This document shows positions 19,030 through 27,327 of a stretch of 64,000 nt of DNA, piece by piece. How positions within the stretch are numbered: the stretch's first letter is position 1; the number at the start of each line of letters is the position of its first letter. Source of the stretch: a virus (taxonomy: Duplodnaviria > Caudoviricetes). A program made the translations under genes and the position numbers. The stretch is from the IMG/VR virus record IMGVR_UViG_3300012007_000014, positions 17,522-81,521 of that record. One strand, written 5' to 3'. A model generated the notes under the pieces. That model was not told where the DNA came from. It was given only the letters and a program-made list of their open reading frames with translations, and made no database searches.

Positions 19030-19190
19030 AAACAAAAATAAAAGAATAATGTCCAAAGCGTTTCCAGCTTCCCTACTCGCATTATCTACCTCCGTCAGCT
19101 CTACCTGTTACATTCCTGATTCGTTTTACAGCCTCCTCTCATAGGCCAAGTCCCTCAGGCGTGGGTATCCTCTTTGATCCTCTTATCCCT
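19030..19190 (-). ncRNA. Candidate GGA-rich small RNA
   Basis: Promoter motif at 19188-19218, U-rich end, no long ORF, 10 GGA in about 140 nt. Confidence 0.35.
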
Positions 19191-19218
19191 TCACTAAGAT
19201 CTATGTATTTTTCGCGAA
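19188..19218 (-). promoter_or_regulatory. Phage promoter motif copy
   Basis: TTCGCGAAAAATACATAGATCTTAGTGAAG. Confidence 0.6.
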
Positions 19219-19388
19219 ATATAAAAAGAAATAGAATAAGATTTGTCAGTAGCCAACAGTTGTATCTCCAATCATTCCTTCGTTTAACTACTAACATTTC
19301 TTATTTGAAGGTGAACTACGCTATTCTAATGTAACAGCAGAGTTAGTCCAATCAAGTTGGCTCCACAAATTGTGCCTTAAGGTTACTG

Positions 19389-19571
19389 TTACTCCTTCAT
19401 AGTAAGAGATGATTTATTTGCTATTAACTTTTCATAAAGTTCTCTTGCTTCATCTCCTTGAAAAACATTGACAATATCAATATGATGATCCCTTCTTATT
19501 CTTCCTACAGTCATTATGATGTTGTCGTTTTTATTTGTGGAATCAACTCTAATTATTATTTGATTTTCCAT
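19389..19571 (-). CDS. Hypothetical protein
   Basis: 60-aa ORF, GGAG RBS. Confidence 0.55.
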   Translation of the reverse strand: MENQIIIRVDSTNKNDNIIMTVGRIRRDHHIDIVNVFQGDEARELYEKLIANKSSLTMKE

Positions 19572-19746
19572 TTTACGTTACTCCCTTTCTTGAAAAATAT
19601 AAAAATTAAAAGACTTTTATTTTTCAACTCTTTCTTTGTTTCTAAAATAATTAATAAGCCAATTCAAAGCGATTCCAGTTGCAACAGAACCTGCCAATCT
19701 TGCAATTGTAAGAAACATTTTTATGACCCTCCAAAAATATAAAAGA

Positions 19747-19781
19747 AAAGAGCCTCAGAACAATTTGTTCCAAAACTCTTT
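19747..19781 (-). terminator. Intrinsic terminator, shared hairpin family
   Basis: Stem with G-U pairs valid only on minus-strand RNA, followed by T-tract. Confidence 0.75.
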
Positions 19782-19790
19782 ATCTTGACT

Positions 19791-19976
19791 TCAGTAGTCC
19801 CAGCTTCCGTCTTCTACAAAGTGATCTCTTATCTTTTTGTATGCAATGTACGTAATTAAACCTTCATCAAGAGCCTTTCCAAATACATATTTCTTCGACA
19901 TAGCCTCCTGACTCGGATTGTAAATCACGTTCAATGCTTCATACAATGTAAACCAAGGATCATTATTGTTTCTCAT
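19791..19976 (-). CDS. Cassette microgene
   Basis: Promoter motif 20001-20029, AGGAG RBS, terminator directly after. Confidence 0.65.
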   Translation of the reverse strand: MRNNNDPWFTLYEALNVIYNPSQEAMSKKYVFGKALDEGLITYIAYKKIRDHFVEDGSWDY

Positions 19977-20000
19977 AACTTAAACTCCTTTCTGACCTCC

Positions 20001-20029
20001 GTCATTATAGGGGTTGCATATTTCGCGAA
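20001..20029 (-). promoter_or_regulatory. Phage promoter motif copy with TATAAT
   Basis: TTCGCGAAATATGCAACCCCTATAATGAC. Confidence 0.7.
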
Positions 20030-20036
20030 AAAAGAC

Positions 20037-20070
20037 AAGAGCCTCAGAACAATTTGTTCCAAGACTCTCT
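20037..20070 (-). terminator. Intrinsic terminator, shared hairpin family
   Basis: AGAGTCTTGGAACAAATTGTTCTGAGGCTCT. Confidence 0.75.
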
Positions 20071-20074
20071 CTTG

Positions 20075-20350
20075 TTAGATACAGGAACGGTCATCTATTA
20101 AACCAATTTCATGGCATATTTCATCATATGTATAGTATTTATCTGTTTTTGGATTAATTTCGCACATAAGATGCCACACTTCATCCTCCATTTTATTCAA
20201 ATAAATTAATGGATCAACACCGTCGGGGAGACCAAAATATCTATTAATTTCCTCGTTGGTGTAATAATCGCCTGTCTTTGGATTTGTGTTACATTCCATA
20301 ATAATTGCCAAATTCTTCATCGATAACAAAACACCAAATATACTCCACAT
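20075..20350 (-). CDS. Cassette microgene with duplicated CxxNPKTxxYYT motif
   Basis: ECNTNPKTGDYYTNEEI and CEINPKTDKYYTYDEI; promoter 20391-20422. Confidence 0.65.
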   Translation of the reverse strand: MWSIFGVLLSMKNLAIIMECNTNPKTGDYYTNEEINRYFGLPDGVDPLIYLNKMEDEVWHLMCEINPKTDKYYTYDEICHEIGLIDDRSCI

Positions 20351-20602
20351 AATATTATTACCTCCTATAAAAATGTATTGAGGACCATTCCTCTTCATAA
20401 GAGTTCATGAAAAATTAACGAAATATAAATAAAAAGAGCCTCAGCAAAAATGCTATTTCTCTTAATGGATTATAGCATTTTTCATATTCATCGCTTTCTG
20501 CGTAGTCTATCAGCATACAAGCCGTATGAAACGCCCCGAAAACAAATAATACTGCATAGACAATTAATAACAAAGTTTTTAATATCATAACTTTTCTCCT
20601 CC

Positions 20603-20881
20603 TTAATAACTAAACGGCCGATACCCCGTAACTAAATATGTCACAAGTTCCACAATATGTTCCGGCAGTCCACGCTTTTCATAGTAATATGCAATGGAAT
20701 CGTACTCCATGTGTCTGTCCATATCACGCTGATCCATATAAAGCTCAAAAGATTCAAAGCTTCCAAAATCGTTTGGATCAAGTTGGTTAAACTCCTCGTT
20801 CCAACACTCTAAATGTTCCATAAGCTCATTCTTAAGCATGCGATAACCAATAAGATTTTCTCTGGTGGCGATAGCGGTCAT
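20603..20881 (-). CDS. Hypothetical acidic protein
   Basis: GGAGGATTATTATG start context. Confidence 0.65.
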   Translation of the reverse strand: MTAIATRENLIGYRMLKNELMEHLECWNEEFNQLDPNDFGSFESFELYMDQRDMDRHMEYDSIAYYYEKRGLPEHIVELVTYLVTGYRPFSY

Positions 20882-21297
20882 AATAATCCTCCATTCTCTT
20901 CATACGAGTTAATCTGATCAAACCATCCTGCATGATCAAAGACATCCCGATCTATTGATTGCATTTCGTCATTCCACTTCTTATAAAGATCCGAAAACTC
21001 TTTCTTAAATTCTTCTTCATTCATCATAATAATTGTCATAATAATCCTCCTTCTTTTAATTCAGCAATAACTTTACGGGTAACGTCTTCTGTCACTCCGA
21101 TTCTTTTATAACACCAACAAATATTACCAATTTCAATCTTTTTACTTATACGAATATCATCTAACCATGCTTTATGGCTTTTAAAACATCTTTCTTCATT
21201 AATTTGGCTCTAGCATCCCAATCCTCTATAGCTTTTAAAACATCTTTCTTCATTAACTCTTCAAGTTTTTCTCCAGCCATAATAATCCTCCTACTAT

Positions 21298-21627
21298 TTA
21301 CTTGTGACTTTCTAAAAGGTGCCACTTATGAATTAGAATGCCAACAGCATCATAAAATTCATCTTCGAAAATATCTTTGAAGATGATCTTACTGTTATTA
21401 ATTTTAATAATTGCGAGTAAATAGTTATCACCACAAATATTCATTCTCAAACAAATTTCATCTGAGTTCACAATAACATCGGTTTTTACAGCATTCGACA
21501 GTCCAAGTCCTTTAATAATTCCATTGATCCTCTCTAAGACTGATACATAATTCATTGCATCAGTTTCCTTTCCATCTGTCAGGAATACATTGCAACAAAA
21601 AGTTAGTTCGTCTTTCATATCATGCAT
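21298..21627 (-). CDS. Hypothetical protein
   Basis: 109-aa ORF, GGAGG RBS. Confidence 0.6.
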   Translation of the reverse strand: MHDMKDELTFCCNVFLTDGKETDAMNYVSVLERINGIIKGLGLSNAVKTDVIVNSDEICLRMNICGDNYLLAIIKINNSKIIFKDIFEDEFYDAVGILIHKWHLLESHK

Positions 21628-21654
21628 AACAAACCTCCTAAGAATAAAATGAAA

Positions 21655-21855
21655 ACAAAAAGAAAAATTATATGAAAAGAAATCTTGTAAAGCTACCTCT
21701 AGGGTCCGCCGAGTATCGTCCGATCTAATATAAATGACCTTTCTTCAGGCTGTGCTCCATGTACGCTGTTAAGCCATACTGTCCCTTCAATTAATCCTCT
21801 CATCTTTACAATGCCTTTTTCAATTAGGATCTAGTTTACTACCTAATCCTTTCTC
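21655..21855 (-). ncRNA. Candidate structured small RNA
   Basis: Promoter with perfect TATAAT at 21853-21884; no ORF over 11 codons; 5' hairpin AGGATTAG/CTAGATCCT; U-rich end. Confidence 0.4.
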
Positions 21856-21884
21856 TTCATTATATGAGATGTATTTTTCGCGAA
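21853..21884 (-). promoter_or_regulatory. Phage promoter motif copy with TATAAT
   Basis: TTCGCGAAAAATACATCTCATATAATGAAGAG. Confidence 0.7.
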
Positions 21885-22181
21885 ATATAAAAAGAAGAGC
21901 CCTTGTTAGGACTCCTCCTTTACTTCATAACTAACTTTCACTACTTTTTCACCATCAATTCCGTCAACAATACTGATTTCATATTTTACATTTTCACTAT
22001 TAAGTTCAGCAATCTTTTTTGCCAAATCAATAGCGTTTGTGTAAATACTTGAATACTTCATAGTTTTCTCCTTAATAGTAACTTAATAGTAATTCAATAG
22101 TTTCTATTATAGTCCTTGTTTTTCTTGTGAATTTAAAAATAGAAGTCTCAGAATTTCTTCCAAGACTTCTAATCTTAAACC

Positions 22182-22580
22182 TCATCTGCAAATCTTTTTA
22201 GCTTTGTCATTAGCTGGTACAACTGTTATAAATACACTTGAATCTGTACTTATTAGATCACCAATAATATCTCCATTTTCATCTGAATGCAGTTTATAGA
22301 TTCTATCGTGTATAGTTGACAAAACTTCATTCTGCTTTTTGCAAATATACTTCATGTACTCCGAATTTGGATTGGATCTATCCTCAATAATACCAGGATA
22401 CATCTCATCAAATTCTTTATTCCATTCATCATATTTGTCATTTAAAGCATCACAAGCTTTATTTCTAACATCAACAAAATGTCTATTTGCTACATCCCTA
22501 TAAACCTCGCTTAAACTAGCAATCTGTTCAATATCTTTTCCAGACCAATTAAAATGTACGTTAAATAACATATCTTCCAT
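22182..22580 (-). CDS. Cassette gene, hypothetical
   Basis: Promoter 22614-22643, GGAGG RBS, hairpin 22141-22170. Confidence 0.7.
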   Translation of the reverse strand: MEDMLFNVHFNWSGKDIEQIASLSEVYRDVANRHFVDVRNKACDALNDKYDEWNKEFDEMYPGIIEDRSNPNSEYMKYICKKQNEVLSTIHDRIYKLHSDENGDIIGDLISTDSSVFITVVPANDKAKKICR

Positions 22581-22613
22581 AATAACTCCTCCTTAAAAAT
22601 ATAAGTTAAAGGT

Positions 22614-22643
22614 TTCTATTATAGGAGTTGTTTTTCTTGCGAA
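22614..22643 (-). promoter_or_regulatory. Phage promoter motif copy with TATAAT
   Basis: TTCGCAAGAAAAACAACTCCTATAATAGAAAC; near twin at 22103-22131. Confidence 0.7.
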
Positions 22644-22675
22644 ATAAAAGGAAAGAGAGGGAATGAAAATATCCA

Positions 22676-23017
22676 TTATAATGATTTCAGTCTTTGTTCC
22701 TCTTTGAAACTTGCGAATTTCATCGCAAGATTTCCTAAGTCCAACAGCATCCGCGGATCAACATTGTCTACGCTTCCGTCACAGATCCATCCATCATCTT
22801 CATCCCATACGTATGAATACGTTCTTTCCTCAAACACCTTGTAAGTATTTGGAGTAGCCTCGAATTCAACGTAGTAATAGAATTTGTTGAACTGATCTAA
22901 TACTTCTTCAGCCATAAAGTTGACATCCGTATATGTTGTCATTGGTTCATCAACCAATCTTACTCTGTACTCAACAATTTCAAGATTGTACTGTTTCTTA
23001 ATCTCATCAATAGTCAT
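22676..23017 (-). CDS. Cassette gene, hypothetical acidic protein
   Basis: Promoter 23036-23065, AGGAG RBS. Confidence 0.7.
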   Translation of the reverse strand: MTIDEIKKQYNLEIVEYRVRLVDEPMTTYTDVNFMAEEVLDQFNKFYYYVEFEATPNTYKVFEERTYSYVWDEDDGWICDGSVDNVDPRMLLDLGNLAMKFASFKEEQRLKSL

Positions 23018-23092
23018 TTAATTCTCCTTTCTCCCTCTCATTAGAAGACATGAAATAATTACGAAAAAAAAAGAAAGAGTACCTGACTTTCA

Positions 23093-23314
23093 TCAAGCAC
23101 TCATCCTTTTCATCTTTTGATACAGTGGGAACAGTAAACTCCCTTTCTCAAACATTTCCGAAAAGCATTTGTAACTATTATCTACTTCAGGTTCTTGAAG
23201 GAATCTAACTGCATGACTAAGTGAATCAATATAGTCACGCCCTTGGATCTCTTCTAGATCGATTAGTTCAACAACCGCTAGCTGTGCTTCTCTAAGTTCA
23301 TCAAGTGTATACAT
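23093..23314 (-). CDS. Cassette gene, hypothetical
   Basis: Promoter 23325-23352, GGAGGTG RBS. Confidence 0.65.
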   Translation of the reverse strand: MYTLDELREAQLAVVELIDLEEIQGRDYIDSLSHAVRFLQEPEVDNSYKCFSEMFEKGSLLFPLYQKMKRMSA

Positions 23315-23350
23315 TCTCTCACCTCCTCATTAGAGGGGATGAAAATTTCG

Positions 23351-23638
23351 TTATCTTACTTTGTCGAGTAAATAGAAGAATGCTCGATATGGAAGATTCA
23401 GAACAGCATAGGATTTTCCCTCTGTAACCGCTTTGAAGAGGTACTTTTCAATGTCTCCACCAGCTTTCTTGCAGCAGTCCTCGATCATACTCTTACAATG
23501 CCCTAAAATGGCCAAATTTGCCGCTTTTTCGCCCACTTTATCGCTTGGGTGTGTACTTGTTCCAATGGATACAAAACCGCCTAAAAACGGCCATTTTTTG
23601 CGTTCTAGGGGTATTCTACGTTTGTACTCATTTGTCAT
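23351..23638 (-). CDS. Phage protein, possibly degenerate transcriptional regulator
   Basis: C-terminal IEDCC..AG..I..YL.KAVTEG.SY motif; start uncertain because the longer ORF overlaps the tRNA. Confidence 0.4.
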   Translation of the reverse strand: MTNEYKRRIPLERKKWPFLGGFVSIGTSTHPSDKVGEKAANLAILGHCKSMIEDCCKKAGGDIEKYLFKAVTEGKSYAVLNLPYRAFFYLLDKVR

Positions 23639-23697
23639 GCAAAAAATGAAAGGCCATGAGTTTTGGACGAGAAATATCCTCTCCAGCCTCCTATAAA

Positions 23698-23770
23698 CAG
23701 TCCTGGTTCGATTTGAACGAACGATCACGGAGTCAAATTCCGTTGCCTTACCGACCTTGGCTACAGGACT
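23698..23770 (-). tRNA. tRNA-Gln (anticodon UUG), no encoded CCA
   Basis: Acceptor AGTCCTG/CAGGACT, D arm GCC/GGC, anticodon arm ACGGA-ATTTGAC-TCCGT, T arm GTTCG-TTCAAAT-CGAAC. Confidence 0.92.
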
Positions 23771-23774
23771 AGAA

Positions 23775-23825
23775 ATAAAAAATCCCACATGACCTAGCAT
23801 CAATCTGACACCAAATCATGTGGGA
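23775..23825 (-). terminator. Late-operon terminator
   Basis: 10-bp inverted repeat TCCCACATGA/TCATGTGGGA followed by T6 on minus strand. Confidence 0.65.
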
Positions 23826-23833
23826 AATTCACT

Positions 23834-24181
23834 TTATCTGGATAGCTTCTTCCTTGCAATCTCTTCTGCTTTGTCAAGCTCTTCCCTTGTAATTGTAGGA
23901 GCGATGATCTGAGGTTCCAACTTGTTAATCTCATCTCTCCACTCCTGACGCTGCTTTCTTATAGGAGCATACTCTTCTTCTGAGAGTGCACCATCAGAGA
24001 ACTTGATTGCCTTATAATCGGTTTTCTCAAGAAGTCTCTTTAGCTCTTTGACCTTCTTTTTACATTCCACACTATTTGTGTCCTCATAATCAAGAGCTAC
24101 CTCAAAATCACCATCGTCAATAATAATACCATTCACCATAACATAACCAGGTAGAATGTTTCCATGTCTGTCGATTAGCAT
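23834..24181 (-). CDS. Tail/fibre assembly chaperone-like protein
   Basis: LEKTDYKAIKFSDG...EEYAPIRKQRQEWRDEINKLE motif, directly after Tal. Confidence 0.6.
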   Translation of the reverse strand: MLIDRHGNILPGYVMVNGIIIDDGDFEVALDYEDTNSVECKKKVKELKRLLEKTDYKAIKFSDGALSEEEYAPIRKQRQEWRDEINKLEPQIIAPTITREELDKAEEIARKKLSR

Positions 24182-24192
24182 ATAGATCCTCC

Positions 24193-26562
24193 TTAAACGA
24201 CCTCTGACCACTCTTTGGTACCTGTAATTGCAAGACCATCAATGAACTGAATCTGGTTACCTCCAACTTTAAGATAAACAGGAAGAGTACAATAGACGTC
24301 GCATTCGCTCTTATCAACACCTTTGAGTGCAATCTCTGTGGTATGCTGACTGCCGCTTCCATCATTCATGTTCTTTTCAACAGAAGTTACAACACTGAAA
24401 CCATCGTTCCTTGTATCGTTAACTTGTGCTGCACCAGTACCAAAACTCTTTCCCACAACTTGAAGCTTTGGAGTACGAATAACGATTCCTTCCTTTGCAT
24501 CGAAAAGCATCTTGGCATTTGGACCAGACCCATTGATCATATCAATAACGTTCACTAGTTCATTTCCACTCATACCTTTAATTGCAGACGTGAGACCTTC
24601 AATCACGACACGAAGTCCAGTAGAAGCGGTCTGCATGGTAATTGCAGTAAGGAGACCTGTTGTAATCCAGTTGGCAGAGAATGTTCCGTCAATGGTCCAA
24701 GCAGAAGTAAACGGTCCTTGATATCCTGTCTGTGAAAATGCAATGCCATTCTTGTTAAGTCTAATAACATTTTTTGCTTTGGTGTAATCGGACTCGTCCA
24801 TAATAAGAAGCTCTTCTGGAAGGTTGTTCTTATCATAGCGAAACTTAACATACCCGCCAAGTCCACCAGTAATCATCTCTGCTTGCCTTTGAATAACTTC
24901 TCGAAGATCCTGAGAGACACCACTTGATGCTTCCTTGATTGTATTAGACTGATTTGCAATTGTTCCAGATAGATCTCTTGTCTTGTTTTTATTCCAATTG
25001 GAGTCTACTTCAATGGAGTCATAACGATTGAGAAGTGTATTATAGACAGTTTTTGTTACCTTGGCACTTGTATGAACTCCTAATTTTTCAAATATCACAG
25101 TAACGGTATCACAAAGTTTTACAGACTCAATTGGATAAAGATCTTTGTATTCCTCTGTCTCCCATAACGGTTGATAGGATACGGTCATGGATACTTCAGG
25201 AACACCAAAATCATGGTCATTCATATACTTGGTTGATAATCTATCAATATCTGATACCAGAGGAATTGTGTTCTGTTCTATCTCGTATGTTGATCCGTTG
25301 TATCTCCAAACATAGTTCTTAATTTCGTTCGTCGCATCTTGTGTAAGTTTGTAGAACTGGAAACTAGATCCATTCCAAGTATAAAGGCCTTTATAGTTTG
25401 TGTAATCTGATTCTTCACCAGATTGCCTTACATAATAGCTTCCATTCCAAATATAAACGGTATTTGTGTCTTTAGACTGATCCACATAATAGACATTAAG
25501 TCTTGGCGTAATGAATGTATCATGAGAGGAATCTGTATAAAAACTATTGCCTTGAATATAACCTCTTTGAAGTGTATTTCCATCGGAATAATACTTATAA
25601 AGTTCAGGACTGATTTGTTTCTTATTGTCAGAGTCTGTGAAGAAACTAGAACCATTAAAATATCCAGTAATGATTGTTCCAGAGTCTTCGTAGTAGTTGT
25701 TCTTTATTACAAGAACGCCTTCTTTATGCTCAGAGTCTTTGTAGAAGTTTTGCCCAACCCGATATCCTTTCATTACGGTATCATTAAAATCAGAAGAACA
25801 GTTGTAAATATAAGTTCTGATGTAGGGGAATTTATCTGCATTGGCGCATTTAATGATAGACCCTTCAATCTTTCGTTCTGGTGTTGAAGCCTCTGCATCT
25901 GCTTTGTAATATCCAAAGATTGCAGTATAAGTCTTCTCAATATTCTCTTCTTCTTTCAAATCCGTTAGGTTCTTTCCATAACGAATTGCTACTCCATTGT
26001 CTCTCCCTCTACTAGAGAGAATAGAAACATTAAAATCATCCCATTTTACTTCTCCGCCATACGTATCAAGGAATCCTTTGTCTCCACCAATTGCAGATCG
26101 AACTGATACGGGAGCATCAATACCAAAGGTAAGAGCTGCTGAAGAAATATCAGTAGAGAATTTGTAAGGACAAGATGGATCTTTAATTGCAGAAGTAATT
26201 GCAGATAAAGAAGACTTGGCAGATCTTTGTGCTGATGGAACAAATCCAACTGGGGTGTAAGAAAGTCTGTAAGAATTATGTCTTGCGGAAACCGTAACCT
26301 TACCATTCAATGGCTTAGATACCTTGTAAATGCGAAACGGCTGGTTTACATGATCGTCATTTGTTCCTTCAAACGCCTTGGCATAAATAATATTGTCATT
26401 GAGTAAATATTTAAAGAGAGGCCCGGAAACAGGGTATTGCATTTCAAGTTCATATTCACCGTTTCGTTCCTCTGTTACTTTACAGCTAATTGCCTCTGAT
26501 AATCTGCCAAGACCATTTGTAGTCCAAGTAGTAGCAGATTTGTCAAATAGAATTGGAATCAT
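24193..26562 (-). CDS. Tail spike/baseplate hub (prophage tail endopeptidase, Tal-like) with repeat insertion
   Basis: GLGRLSEAISCKVTEERNGEYELEMQYP, QPFRIYKVSK, IRYGKNL, V.LCDTVTV; follows Dit. Confidence 0.88.
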   Translation of the reverse strand: MIPILFDKSATTWTTNGLGRLSEAISCKVTEERNGEYELEMQYPVSGPLFKYLLNDNIIYAKAFEGTNDDHVNQPFRIYKVSKPLNGKVTVSARHNSYRLSYTPVGFVPSAQRSAKSSLSAITSAIKDPSCPYKFSTDISSAALTFGIDAPVSVRSAIGGDKGFLDTYGGEVKWDDFNVSILSSRGRDNGVAIRYGKNLTDLKEEENIEKTYTAIFGYYKADAEASTPERKIEGSIIKCANADKFPYIRTYIYNCSSDFNDTVMKGYRVGQNFYKDSEHKEGVLVIKNNYYEDSGTIITGYFNGSSFFTDSDNKKQISPELYKYYSDGNTLQRGYIQGNSFYTDSSHDTFITPRLNVYYVDQSKDTNTVYIWNGSYYVRQSGEESDYTNYKGLYTWNGSSFQFYKLTQDATNEIKNYVWRYNGSTYEIEQNTIPLVSDIDRLSTKYMNDHDFGVPEVSMTVSYQPLWETEEYKDLYPIESVKLCDTVTVIFEKLGVHTSAKVTKTVYNTLLNRYDSIEVDSNWNKNKTRDLSGTIANQSNTIKEASSGVSQDLREVIQRQAEMITGGLGGYVKFRYDKNNLPEELLIMDESDYTKAKNVIRLNKNGIAFSQTGYQGPFTSAWTIDGTFSANWITTGLLTAITMQTASTGLRVVIEGLTSAIKGMSGNELVNVIDMINGSGPNAKMLFDAKEGIVIRTPKLQVVGKSFGTGAAQVNDTRNDGFSVVTSVEKNMNDGSGSQHTTEIALKGVDKSECDVYCTLPVYLKVGGNQIQFIDGLAITGTKEWSEVV

Positions 26563-27327
26563 TTATAACCTCCACCACCTTGGAATGATAGATAACTTTG
26601 TAATAGAATCTGAATAGGAAATCACATTCTTTTTTCCAAGATACATTTTATCGAGTCCAGATGGAAGTGAAAATGTGGATTTGGAATTGAGATTTTCTGT
26701 TCCGTGATAGACATTCATCATGTCGCAATCAACAGTTGCATCAGACTCTACTGTTACCAAAAATGTTCCATCTTCATTTTGAATAGTAACTGTTCCTTTT
26801 CCTTCAATCATAATTATTGGAAAGGCGATAAAAGAAGTAGGATTGAATAATGTAAGCCCTTTTTCAATTATCACAGGAATTTCTCCATACTTCAGGAATC
26901 TCTGTGGTTTACAATTAAACTTAATATTCACCATTCCTGCTTCCAACGAATCTATCATTGACGGACTAAAATCTTGTGAAATATAAGCCATTCTGTATTC
27001 GTCTGGATGCCAAGTATCTTCCAGCCTTTTGTAACCGATTGGACCAAACAGCCATTCTCTTACTGCTGCAAGTCTTTGATCCATATCAAATGGATACCAT
27101 TCTTCTGGAATAAAGCCTACACCATCGTAAGTAACATCGGTGTCATCATAGTATCCCTTGTCAATTAGCAAAGATCCATTTCTTCCTGGAATTTGAACAG
27201 TATCATAAGCCCTTTTGGGAGCACCATAGGTACCCCCGCCAGAGCAAATAAGGCGAAAATCAGAAGAGGCTTTTCCATTAAATATAAAACACTTTTCCGT
27301 GAGCAAATCTCCAATATTTAAGCCCAT
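26563..27327 (-). CDS. Distal tail protein (Dit)
   Basis: FIFNGKASSDF, IPGRNG, FNCKPQRF, IIPRWWRL; follows tape measure. Confidence 0.85.
   Translation of the reverse strand: MGLNIGDLLTEKCFIFNGKASSDFRLICSGGGTYGAPKRAYDTVQIPGRNGSLLIDKGYYDDTDVTYDGVGFIPEEWYPFDMDQRLAAVREWLFGPIGYKRLEDTWHPDEYRMAYISQDFSPSMIDSLEAGMVNIKFNCKPQRFLKYGEIPVIIEKGLTLFNPTSFIAFPIIMIEGKGTVTIQNEDGTFLVTVESDATVDCDMMNVYHGTENLNSKSTFSLPSGLDKMYLGKKNVISYSDSITKLSIIPRWWRL

Noticed and set aside
23698-23770. tRNA as host attachment site (prophage edge)
   Set aside because: Phage-type genes and motifs continue on both sides; no duplicated 3' fragment or integrase seen
23639-23803. N-terminal extension of ORF 23351-23803
   Set aside because: Overlaps a well-formed tRNA and the late terminator on the same strand
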